This document shows, piece after piece, positions 1-8,680 of a DNA stretch of 20,000 nt (the stretch's first letter is position 1; each line of letters begins with the position of its first letter). The notes below the pieces were generated by a model. The model worked only from the letters and a program-made list of their open reading frames with translations, was not told the origin of the DNA and did no database searches. The DNA comes from an uncultured virus (IMG/VR IMGVR_UViG_3300044959_000200) (Duplodnaviria; Heunggongvirae; Uroviricota; Caudoviricetes): positions 58,551 through 78,550 of IMG/VR virus record IMGVR_UViG_3300044959_000200; one strand, given 5' to 3'. The position numbers were made by a program, and so were the translations under genes.

Positions 1-1557
1 GCAGCTCTTCGAAGGCGCCGTGTTCCGGCGCCCATAGTGCTGGGCAACGGTGTACGTACCGTTGCCCAGAGGACGCAGTTCGACGGTACTTCGCGTACCG
101 TCGTCCGTACGCAACGCAAGGATTACTGATTCCCTGCGCTGCACATATGGAGCATAGCCCCCCACGCAATGCTCCATGTCTTTGCCCTCCTCTACGAGGG
201 CGCGAGAGGTGCGCAACACGCGCACTCCCTTCGGGAGCTTCGCCTCCCACGGAGGCGCAGGGGCGAGCTCCCTGTTCTCCTCTGCGAGGGCGGCAAGACG
301 TGCCGCCGCCACACGCGCAATTGCGCGCCGCATAACGGCATCCACACCTGTGCCGCCCTCGCCGTTCAAATCCTCAGGCGCTACCTCGCCGAGGTAATCG
401 AGATAGCGCCCGCGGACAACTTCGCCGTGCGGCCCGCGAAATTCGCGGTACCGCACAAGCGCAGCTTCCTGTTCCGGTCTCCGCGCAATTTTTAGAATCC
501 AGCGCGCTACCGGAACTGATCGCACCAGCCGTGCCGCGGCCCACAAATCGGAGTCGCGGAAGGCTTCATCTCTTTCCAAGAGCCAGCGTGGCAGCTGGTT
601 CTCAGAAATTCCCTCTTTGAGGGAGGCGACCGCCTCCCCCCTAGTGAGACCTGGGCGAACGGCCTCAGGTGCCTCGCCCAGGACGAGCCGCGCAATCGTG
701 CGCGGCTCCAAGTACGGAGAGAAGGCAGGACAAAGGGCCCCGCCTTTTGCGATGGCGTGATCGCGCAAACGCGCAACCCATCGCACATCGAGATCGTAAA
801 CCTCGGCGAGCGCCCAAGCGATCGCCGGGCGGCGCTCAGGTGGCGCCGCCGAGATCTTTCGGTCCGCTTCAATCGCGGCATCGAGGTTAAGATGCCGCGT
901 GCGGACCGTAGTGATGTGATCCGGATCGGACACCCCCCGTGCCCGATCCTCCTGTCGGGCGCGATCTAGCGCGCCCTGGAGCGCGATTGCTCGCGGCACT
1001 GCCGCAAGCCGCCCCAGCGTCGCAAGAGCGCGCGCTGAGACATAGTATGTGCCTGCGTGAGCTGCACGAAGCGCCCACACAGCCTGGGAAGCACTAAGGC
1101 CTCCCACGTTCGGCAACGGTGCGCCAGGGTGGCGCCGATACCAGAGAAGCAGCGCCACAAACCGACGCACTGATCCTGCTGAACGGTACCACGCATTCAC
1201 CAGAATGCGTGCAGATGGGCCGTAATGACCCATCGCGTCCCAACCCCCACGCCAAGCGTGGGGATTGCATCGCCGCTCAGCGTCGCGCGCGAGCGCAACA
1301 GCGGCAGCGGCTAAAGCCCTCGCAGGCACCTCCCACGGGGGCATAAAAGGCGGTATTCGCAGCTTATGCTGCGGAGCATACCGCCTAAAGATCGCGCGCC
1401 ATCGCGCGATTCGCTCACTCCGGTCAGTGATCGGAGTGCCGCGGGGCTCAAGGCCCCGCCGTGCTCTTTCGGCGACGCATCGGAAGGCACGTGCCGTTGG
1501 CGCGCACCCCCATTCGTCGGCCGATTGTAAAATTATTTGTTTGGTCTCGACGTTCAT
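1..1557 (-). CDS. PcfJ-domain protein (runs off the left edge, at least 519 aa)
   Basis: Not in the ORF track. Translated by hand from ATG at 1557 (GGAG 4 nt upstream), with no stop before base 1: MNVETKQIILQSADEW...RALVEEGKDMEHCVGGYAPYVQRRESVILALRTDDGTRSTVELRPLGNGTYTVAQHYGRRNTAP. The LxxEGxxMxHCVGxY...TvE...QxxGxxNxxP pattern is the PcfJ-like signature common in phages and conjugative elements. Confidence 0.8.
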   Translation of the reverse strand, partial: MNVETKQIILQSADEWGCAPTARAFRCVAERARRGLEPRGTPITDRSERIARWRAIFRRYAPQHKLRIPPFMPPWEVPARALAAAAVALARDAERRCNPHAWRGGWDAMGHYGPSARILVNAWYRSAGSVRRFVALLLWYRRHPGAPLPNVGGLSASQAVWALRAAHAGTYYVSARALATLGRLAAVPRAIALQGALDRARQEDRARGVSDPDHITTVRTRHLNLDAAIEADRKISAAPPERRPAIAWALAEVYDLDVRWVARLRDHAIAKGGALCPAFSPYLEPRTIARLVLGEAPEAVRPGLTRGEAVASLKEGISENQLPRWLLERDEAFRDSDLWAAARLVRSVPVARWILKIARRPEQEAALVRYREFRGPHGEVVRGRYLDYLGEVAPEDLNGEGGTGVDAVMRRAIARVAAARLAALAEENRELAPAPPWEAKLPKGVRVLRTSRALVEEGKDMEHCVGGYAPYVQRRESVILALRTDDGTRSTVELRPLGNGTYTVAQHYGRRNTAPSKSC

Positions 1558-1560
1558 GAG

Positions 1561-1597
1561 ACTCCACGTACTTATACTGTGGAGTATCTGTTTTTTT
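1561..1597. promoter_or_regulatory. Intergenic hairpin overlapping the RBS of the PcfJ gene, followed by a T-tract on the + strand
   Basis: ACTCCAC (1561-1567) and GTGGAGT (1579-1585) form an inverted repeat. The minus-strand GGAG RBS (1562-1565) lies in the stem, and T7 follows at 1591-1597. Confidence 0.4.
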
Positions 1598-1626
1598 ATT
1601 TACTCATATAGATGAGTCTACATTTT

Positions 1627-4600
1627 TCATAAGTCGCTTGTATCGCTCGTGTACAAAGATGCTCTTTTTGACTTAGTTACCGGCGAGAGTTCGTGTTCAT
1701 CTGGATCACGCAAATCTTCGAAGATTTCTTCTTCGGTGTAACCGTCTAGCTCAGCGATTGGAAGCGGTGGCGGAAGTTGAGCAAGATATTTATCTGCGCT
1801 CATCAATTCGCCATAGTTTGGGCCAAGCTCAACATCCCATCGATATGGCACGGGAAGCCATGGACACTCACGTGCCACACGTTCGGTACCGTACTTTTTG
1901 AAAATTTCTGGCACTTGATGCGCGTACTTTTTCGGTACTTGAAAACCAATTGAGTCATGTACGGTGAGTAGAATCCTCCCCTTGAGATCACGTTCAATTA
2001 CGTCAGCAACCCAACACAGCACTGTCAAAACAATATCGCTGTTAGTCGCTTGTATTTTGAAGTTGACAGCTTGCCTTTCCGCTTTGGCGCGAAGAGCACT
2101 AGGAGCATACTTACCGAGCAAAAAACGGCGACGCCGTCCATGGTAAGTTTCTACAATGCCGAAAGTACGCATCTCCCAGATTGTCTGGTTGATGAACGTC
2201 TCTAATGTTGGAAACTTAGTAAATAGTAATTTCTTGATTTGCTGCGCCAAATTGAGGTTGATGCCAGCAATTTCAGCGATTTTCTTCACACCGGCACCGT
2301 AAAGCAGCCCAAAGACAAGACGTTTGATATTGTCACGTAAAGCTTTGAGCCGCCTACCATACGCTTTATCTTCCAGCAAATCATCTTTGCCTTTGAGGAA
2401 ATCGTCGTACGACCACGCATGTTCATCGTCAATGGCAGCGTTCGCCAATGCGATGCGTCGTTCTTCTCCGTGTAATCCGGCGGCAACGAGATCAGGATTA
2501 AGGCATTGTGATGCGAAAAAGCAGTGCGGATCCATGCCTTCAAGCAGGGCGTTGATCAATTCAGTATCTTTGGCATAACCCGCAAAAATTGAAATTTCAG
2601 CGCCTTTAGCGTCAGCATTACCAAAACAATAACTGTCATCGTCAGGAATGAAGAGCTTTTTACATTTCACACCTTCAAAGACAGGTTTGCCATCTGAGCC
2701 GAGCACAAGATTTCCGCGCATATCGCGCAGAGCTCCAATTTGGCCCTTGATAATGTTTTGATTGTTGAAGCCGATGCCTTCAACGCCCGAGGACGATGAG
2801 AGGCGTCCAGTGGACGTACCTGTAATGTTGTAACCAGGATGAATGTGTCCATCCCCGAACATATTGGACAAGATGCCGATGTTTTTGAAGAAGCTGTTTT
2901 TGGCTTTATCAGCTTTCTTCAGTGTCATCAGCAAATTCGCAAGCGGGCACTTGTACCGTGTGACGAGACTCTTGAGTACAGCTTCGCTAGTTTGCATCTG
3001 CCCCTTTACGGTGTAATGCTCGGGGCGATACATGATTCGTCCGCCGACATAGCGAACAGTATCAGGGTTTTCACGCGCAATTTGTTCAGCGAGCTCTGGA
3101 TCTGGATGCTTGTAACCTACGCCTCCATAGAAAAGGTAGTGAGCTAATTTCTTCGGGCTATTCAATGGAAACTTCTCACCGCACAATTCGAAAATTTTTT
3201 CAGTAGTTGCAGTAATTGTGTTATCCAGCGCGCGGTTGCCCCATTCTAAGTAATCTTGGTCAATGTTGATGCCTAGATATTCGATCTTCGCAAGCTGTGT
3301 TTGTCGTGGAAGGTAGTCCTCTTTTACCAATCGGTGTAACGGCGCAGGATGATTGCACAGAACTTCAACGCGATATTTTGACAGCTCACTATTTGGCGGC
3401 CCTGAAACAATTTCTTCATGGACTTGACGACGCCAGCGATCAAACTTGTCATCTTCATCATACATACGTGCACTTTGTTTGATGGCAAGGCGTCGTGTAG
3501 CGTCAGCGTCAACAGCGGCGTAGAAGTAAAGCTCATCAAGGGAAATATTTTCGAAACCTCCTTTATGCTTACGCTCCTTAGCGGCTTCGCGCTCAGCCTT
3601 ACCTGTAAATTCGCCGTTAGTTTTGGCGGCGAGCAACAAATTTAGATCGTCTAATTGCTGCTGAATGTGAGCTTGGTCAACTTTTCCTAAGGGTAGTTGT
3701 TTGAGCTTTTCTATGGCTTTCTTAATTGTTTCAGTACGAAAGCGGGCATTCTTAACGTGTCCAGCAGCAATGGCACGTTCAAGTGCTGCCGCAACCGTAG
3801 CTGGTAGTTTAACTGCACGTTTCGTCGAAACTTGCACTTCCGTAAAACGCGCAACGTCAGTTTTTACTAGTTCATCATGCAAGCGGTCTTCATAACCAGC
3901 GAGAAAGGGCAAGAATTGTTTAGTCAAATACTTGAGGTTGTATTGCCCTTTTTTGTCTTCTTCGAGCACATGTTCAGCACAAAATACATCCCACGCAATT
4001 TTTCCTACCTCACCAAGAGGCCAACCCAAACGCCAGAAAACTTTGAAATCGTACTTGGCATTGAACCAAATACACGGTTTACCACTTCGCAATAGCCAAA
4101 CAATGTGTTCGTATGCTGCGGATGGATCATACGGCGTATCTTTGTGCCAAAGAGGCACTGTAGCCGCTTTACCATCATCCCATGCGAATGAAACGGCGAT
4201 CAGTTTAGTGCCAGTCCAATGTGGATGTAGTGTATTAGTTTCGGTATCGAACGAAATTTTCCAATCAAGAGGATCGATGCCAGGTCGCGTATAATCAAAA
4301 ACATGCCGTACGAGAGCTTTCACCTCGGCAATGGTTTTTGGATAGATGTAATCTTTTTCAATTTCTGCTCGCGTAAGTACACGAATTTCGGCGTGTGCCG
4401 CAATTCGCATAGCCCGCTCAACGTCGGCTAATACAGAACTATATTTGCCGACCGCAGCGGCGAGGGACTTAAGCGACTGTGTAAAGACAACTGTGAGATA
4501 CGCATCACCAAATTTCACATTTTCGAAAACGCGCCCAATAGCTTCTTTTTCAGACCGCACTGGGATACCAAGCGCATGAAGCGATGGTACACCACACGCG

Positions 4601-5076
4601 ATAACTGTAAGCGAACGCTCTGGCGCGTTAGCCTGACGCATAGCCGCTAACCGAGTAACTTCAGTTTTGAGCGGTGTGCGACATGCTGTGATGATTGCTT
4701 TACTAGGTGCGTCGACAGCACACTTTACGGCGTACACATATCGAAAGTTCAGCACAGCAAATTCTGGATGCCGGCGCTGTACTTCTTTGATTGCATTCTT
4801 CAGAACGCGTGCACCGTCCTCACGGAACGGTTGATGAAACAGCGAATTGTCTGGAATGGTTTGACCGCCGACAATTGACAGACGAGGTGCAATCGGCGCG
4901 TCACCGATAACGAGGATGTCCGCGTAATCTGGGCCATCCGAGTAGGGAAAGTAGTGTGTACCCTTAAAGGCAGGGCACGACGTACACCCCGGACCTGCTT
5001 TGTAAGCAAATTCGGGGCGCGCGCAAATATCACAGTGAAACGGAGGGGGCGCTTCCGATAGCGAGATTGACGCCAT
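1627..5076 (-). CDS. polA: Family A DNA polymerase with N-terminal family-4 UDG-like domain and 3'-5' exonuclease
   Basis: Exonuclease motifs: ExoI SFDTET, ExoII FNAKYD, ExoIII YAAVDAD. Polymerase motifs: TGRLSS, motif A NADAKGAEI, motif B RDNIKRLVFGLLYG, NFKIQATNSD, motif C TVHDS. The N-terminal CTSC...ILVIGDAP...PF...AVKC...ACR pattern matches family-4 UDG. RBS GGAG. Confidence 0.95.
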   Translation of the reverse strand: MASISLSEAPPPFHCDICARPEFAYKAGPGCTSCPAFKGTHYFPYSDGPDYADILVIGDAPIAPRLSIVGGQTIPDNSLFHQPFREDGARVLKNAIKEVQRRHPEFAVLNFRYVYAVKCAVDAPSKAIITACRTPLKTEVTRLAAMRQANAPERSLTVIACGVPSLHALGIPVRSEKEAIGRVFENVKFGDAYLTVVFTQSLKSLAAAVGKYSSVLADVERAMRIAAHAEIRVLTRAEIEKDYIYPKTIAEVKALVRHVFDYTRPGIDPLDWKISFDTETNTLHPHWTGTKLIAVSFAWDDGKAATVPLWHKDTPYDPSAAYEHIVWLLRSGKPCIWFNAKYDFKVFWRLGWPLGEVGKIAWDVFCAEHVLEEDKKGQYNLKYLTKQFLPFLAGYEDRLHDELVKTDVARFTEVQVSTKRAVKLPATVAAALERAIAAGHVKNARFRTETIKKAIEKLKQLPLGKVDQAHIQQQLDDLNLLLAAKTNGEFTGKAEREAAKERKHKGGFENISLDELYFYAAVDADATRRLAIKQSARMYDEDDKFDRWRRQVHEEIVSGPPNSELSKYRVEVLCNHPAPLHRLVKEDYLPRQTQLAKIEYLGINIDQDYLEWGNRALDNTITATTEKIFELCGEKFPLNSPKKLAHYLFYGGVGYKHPDPELAEQIARENPDTVRYVGGRIMYRPEHYTVKGQMQTSEAVLKSLVTRYKCPLANLLMTLKKADKAKNSFFKNIGILSNMFGDGHIHPGYNITGTSTGRLSSSSGVEGIGFNNQNIIKGQIGALRDMRGNLVLGSDGKPVFEGVKCKKLFIPDDDSYCFGNADAKGAEISIFAGYAKDTELINALLEGMDPHCFFASQCLNPDLVAAGLHGEERRIALANAAIDDEHAWSYDDFLKGKDDLLEDKAYGRRLKALRDNIKRLVFGLLYGAGVKKIAEIAGINLNLAQQIKKLLFTKFPTLETFINQTIWEMRTFGIVETYHGRRRRFLLGKYAPSALRAKAERQAVNFKIQATNSDIVLTVLCWVADVIERDLKGRILLTVHDSIGFQVPKKYAHQVPEIFKKYGTERVARECPWLPVPYRWDVELGPNYGELMSADKYLAQLPPPLPIAELDGYTEEEIFEDLRDPDEHELSPVTKSKRASLYTSDTSDL

Positions 5077-5166
5077 TTAACAGCTCCATTTCGGAAAGGG
5101 TTTGAGTTCGACCGTTTTGTAATACTGGAACTTAGATGTTCGTTTGTCTTTCAGTATCTACGGCTT

Positions 5167-8100
5167 TTATAAGTTGTTATTGAGAATATGATTGCGACGT
5201 ACTAGTCCAGGTGGACCATCGTCGATTGAACCATTGACCTGATTACGGTCAACGTTGGGTTGCCGTTCGACAAACGATTTACGAAGATCAGAAACGACCT
5301 TTGAAACATCTATAACGGTAATTTCGTCAGTCCGCATTACACCGCCAAAAGAGCGCAAAGCGGACAAAACTTTAGCTGTGTCATATTGATGTTCGCGTTT
5401 AGAAAGAGGGTGCTGATCAAGCTGGTGCTTAAGTAAGTTTGGCGGAGTACGATAATATGGCTCAACACGATGAAGTAAGCCGCCGGGTGCAACTATTGAA
5501 ATCCAATCAACGACAAGATATCCAAGATCTTCAAAGTAATACACTCCAGCTTGCGCATGGTTTAGCGCAAGCCAGCGGGCTGGATCTTTTGATCCAAGCA
5601 TTACAGCTACTGAAGTCACTGTACTTGATTGACCAATCCGCAAGTTATTGGTGCGAAAAATCGTATCAAACAACTGTGTTGGCACATCGCTACGAGCATT
5701 AGCGAGCAGCCGACCACGCCGCGATTCAGTAGCTTTAATAACGAAAGATCTCCAATCTTCACCAAGCAACGCCATAAGAGGCGCGATAGGATAAAAGTTA
5801 CGCAAAAAGCGTGTGTCGACCGTAAACGACGTAATTAATTTACCTGTACCTAGTTCGCGCTCGATTTTTTCGTAGTGCTCGCGGTAAGGCCGATAAAATT
5901 TGATCAAGCCAAGACCCAGCACACGTCGCATACGTGTAAGCTCTTCGGGTGGGAAAAGCTCAGAAAACACTATCTGGGGATCTTTGAGCCCTTCGATTTT
6001 TACAGTCTCGATCGTTAAACGACGGCTTGCGTCTTGAGGATCATGCGCGGGGTGTATGGAAGCCGTTACAACATTAGTACGCACAACCATTTGGCGCATA
6101 CCGCCGGTTGGAAGTGCGCGTGAAATTACTGCGCCGCCAGGAAAAATAACTTGTCGAAGTAATTCATTGATTGATTGTACCTGAACAGTTTTTAGAGTGG
6201 TGAACGTCAAATCCCGCGTGAACTCTTCCAAACCTAATGTCACTGCGGCTCGATTGAATCCTTGATAAATAGAAGCCGGCGAATAATTCACAAGGCCCTT
6301 AGCCCAAGGGCAAATCTGTAGATGAGGGAATTGTCCACCACAAAATGTACTTAGAGCTGTAGACTTACCTGAAGAATGTTGCCCAACAAGTTCTAAGTGT
6401 ACTTTTGATGGAGAAAGATGAGGTGCAGAAAACGCCGCTTGATAGTATGCAAGAAAAATTGCATCGATATCAGTATTTAGCGTACGCCAGCCAGTGCGAT
6501 AAAACTGTATAAGTTTGTTGATGTAGTAGCGTACGTCGTCAATCGTGTAATGATTTGCTTCTTCGAGATCTGCAACACTGCGCAACTCTGAAAAAAGTGG
6601 CGTTGCTTCAGTAAGAAAAAGCGCGCGCCCACGTGATGGCCCATCAAGTTTTCGCCATGTAAGTGTGAGCGATCCGTCTGTAGCGTATGTACCTTCATAA
6701 ACACTCGGGCCGTTGACCACTATGATCACAACGCCAAACGGCACATTCAGATCTTCAATAACATGCACACCTTGTCCATACTGTGTGCACTCCTCACGCG
6801 TAGGTATATCTTGGAAGATCGACTGAATAGCGATTTTGAGATAGTCGGCAAAAATACGTTGAAGCTCACGAACTGGCTGCATTGTGCCAAGGCCCTGCTG
6901 TGGCAACATCCACGCAGGAATACCTACTTGTTCAGCAAAGAACGTGTGTACGTCTCCAACAACGTTCGCCAGAGCTGAAAGCGCACCCATGCCGTCATCA
7001 GTGCCAAAGCGGATTGTACGGTCTTTGACGCGATGATGTAGATATAGGACTGCTCCGCGTGATGTATCTTCTTTGTAAAGCGGATGAAACAACCGTGTAA
7101 GGACATCGATAAGACGGGCAATCAAACCAGCCTCATCATCCTTACTACGGACAATTTGGTTTCTAACGACTGCTGGACTTAAATTGAGTTGCGCACAAAT
7201 GCGATCGACATACTGAGAAAGCTGTGCAGCATTACGTACAATTTCACCGTACGTAACTGCAACAGCTGTACGTTCCCTAACAGCGTCGGATCTGAGTGTT
7301 GCGGCATCTTCTATAGCGCGGTCGAATGCCCAAACATCAACAGGCACAAACCATTTAGCTGCTTCGTCGATGACTGTGCGCTTAAATATTTCAAATCCAC
7401 CGAGCTGTATTACGTCATCAGGGTCTTTTGGCATGCCCGGGACTTTGTCGAGCTCCGACCATCCTCGAAAGATGTTGATGCCAATTTCAGACCCAGTAAG
7501 CAGCCGCCCTCGCAACCATACTTCGCCTTTACCACGTGAAGGATGGTCAGGGATGATGTAGATTGTATCAATTCCCGCTGCTACAAGCGCGTCTAGGTCG
7601 TTGTGTGCTCCGTTTGAAGCGAGAAAAACGAAGCCAGTAAGACCGGATGCTATGAAATGTTCCTGCGCCGTTATTGCATCATTTTCGCCTTCAACAAGGT
7701 AAAACCGTAGTGCTTTAGCTTCAGCAGGATCGAGTCCACCAAGGTGCGGTGCAAACAGTCCAAAATAACCAATTGGCTCGTCTTCAGTAAAACCTGGCAA
7801 CGTGAGGTAATTGCCGTCTTTTTCGTCTTCGTTGTGCGATCTACGTAATCGAATCCTACCTGGTGTACGCAAACCGTGCCCATTGAAGAATGCAACTGTG
7901 TTAGTCCATTCAGAGCTAGCTGGTTCAGCAATAGTCTTGATGCGAGCAAGAATCTTTTCGCGGCGTTCAGGCGTTAGATGCGTATTCTGAAAGCGCGCAT
8001 ATTGCGCACTGGCTTGTGCCTCTAGCCTTTCAACAGCATAGCTATACAGTAAATGTTGCGGTGGCCAAATCCCGTAAGGCAGTATCCCAATATACTCGGG

Positions 8101-8658
8101 CTTGTGCTTACGGTGTTGGAAAAGCCACTCTAAAACTGGTGCAGCAGCATGCAGCGCAATCTCGTCGTAATTTTTACGATCTTCTGGATCAACTGGTGGT
8201 GCAAGTAAGCGCTGCGCGTACGTTGCACAGACATATAACAACGTGGTGACAGCAAGGTTATGGATATCATACGCCTCGACGTCACTTTCAGTTTTCTCTG
8301 AGACAAGGCGACGGCCAGTATACGTAAGCACGTGCGAGAGTGTTTCGCGATATGACCAGCCGCGCGCGTCTTGGAAAAGCTGTAAGAGATTACGACTGAA
8401 GTACCCGCACGATTTGCACTTAATAGTACCTCGCGCGACGTCAATATACATCGATGGATTTTTATCGATGTGCCCAGTGACGCTACCCGCAAGGCAATTT
8501 GTTTTGACTACTGATGCACCAATCTGCGTAGTGCGATTCTCAGGGAAGGTGTGTTCAAGCAGCGTCTTAAGCTGCGTAACGTCCAACAAGGTCAGAAGCT
8601 TGTGGCCGTCAGTATACGAAAACTTAGTTGTTCCGGTTTTTCCGGTCTTTCGTGTCAT
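5167..8658 (-). CDS. Primase-helicase fusion: CHC2 Zn finger + TOPRIM (DnaG-type) + C-terminal P-loop (SF3/AAA+-like) ATPase
   Basis: CHC2-like CLAGSVTGHIDKNPS...CKSC; TOPRIM YLVEGENDA...IIPDH...KDPDD; Walker A GQHSSGKS (6361-6384), Walker B LGLEE, motif-C-like TASI and Arg-finger-like DASRR. Directly upstream of polA. Confidence 0.85.
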   Translation of the reverse strand: MTRKTGKTGTTKFSYTDGHKLLTLLDVTQLKTLLEHTFPENRTTQIGASVVKTNCLAGSVTGHIDKNPSMYIDVARGTIKCKSCGYFSRNLLQLFQDARGWSYRETLSHVLTYTGRRLVSEKTESDVEAYDIHNLAVTTLLYVCATYAQRLLAPPVDPEDRKNYDEIALHAAAPVLEWLFQHRKHKPEYIGILPYGIWPPQHLLYSYAVERLEAQASAQYARFQNTHLTPERREKILARIKTIAEPASSEWTNTVAFFNGHGLRTPGRIRLRRSHNEDEKDGNYLTLPGFTEDEPIGYFGLFAPHLGGLDPAEAKALRFYLVEGENDAITAQEHFIASGLTGFVFLASNGAHNDLDALVAAGIDTIYIIPDHPSRGKGEVWLRGRLLTGSEIGINIFRGWSELDKVPGMPKDPDDVIQLGGFEIFKRTVIDEAAKWFVPVDVWAFDRAIEDAATLRSDAVRERTAVAVTYGEIVRNAAQLSQYVDRICAQLNLSPAVVRNQIVRSKDDEAGLIARLIDVLTRLFHPLYKEDTSRGAVLYLHHRVKDRTIRFGTDDGMGALSALANVVGDVHTFFAEQVGIPAWMLPQQGLGTMQPVRELQRIFADYLKIAIQSIFQDIPTREECTQYGQGVHVIEDLNVPFGVVIIVVNGPSVYEGTYATDGSLTLTWRKLDGPSRGRALFLTEATPLFSELRSVADLEEANHYTIDDVRYYINKLIQFYRTGWRTLNTDIDAIFLAYYQAAFSAPHLSPSKVHLELVGQHSSGKSTALSTFCGGQFPHLQICPWAKGLVNYSPASIYQGFNRAAVTLGLEEFTRDLTFTTLKTVQVQSINELLRQVIFPGGAVISRALPTGGMRQMVVRTNVVTASIHPAHDPQDASRRLTIETVKIEGLKDPQIVFSELFPPEELTRMRRVLGLGLIKFYRPYREHYEKIERELGTGKLITSFTVDTRFLRNFYPIAPLMALLGEDWRSFVIKATESRRGRLLANARSDVPTQLFDTIFRTNNLRIGQSSTVTSVAVMLGSKDPARWLALNHAQAGVYYFEDLGYLVVDWISIVAPGGLLHRVEPYYRTPPNLLKHQLDQHPLSKREHQYDTAKVLSALRSFGGVMRTDEITVIDVSKVVSDLRKSFVERQPNVDRNQVNGSIDDGPPGLVRRNHILNNNL

Positions 8659-8680
8659 GGGTGCCCTTCACCCTAATGTA

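Noticed and set aside
147..1615. Short ORFs listed in the track for the GC-rich segment
   Set aside because: They are off-frame or antisense shadows of the long minus-strand PcfJ gene.
1520..1626. Prophage attachment junction at the GC step
   Set aside because: There is no integrase, tRNA or direct repeat. The GC-rich gene is a mobile-element type, is co-oriented with polA, and its frame crosses the step.
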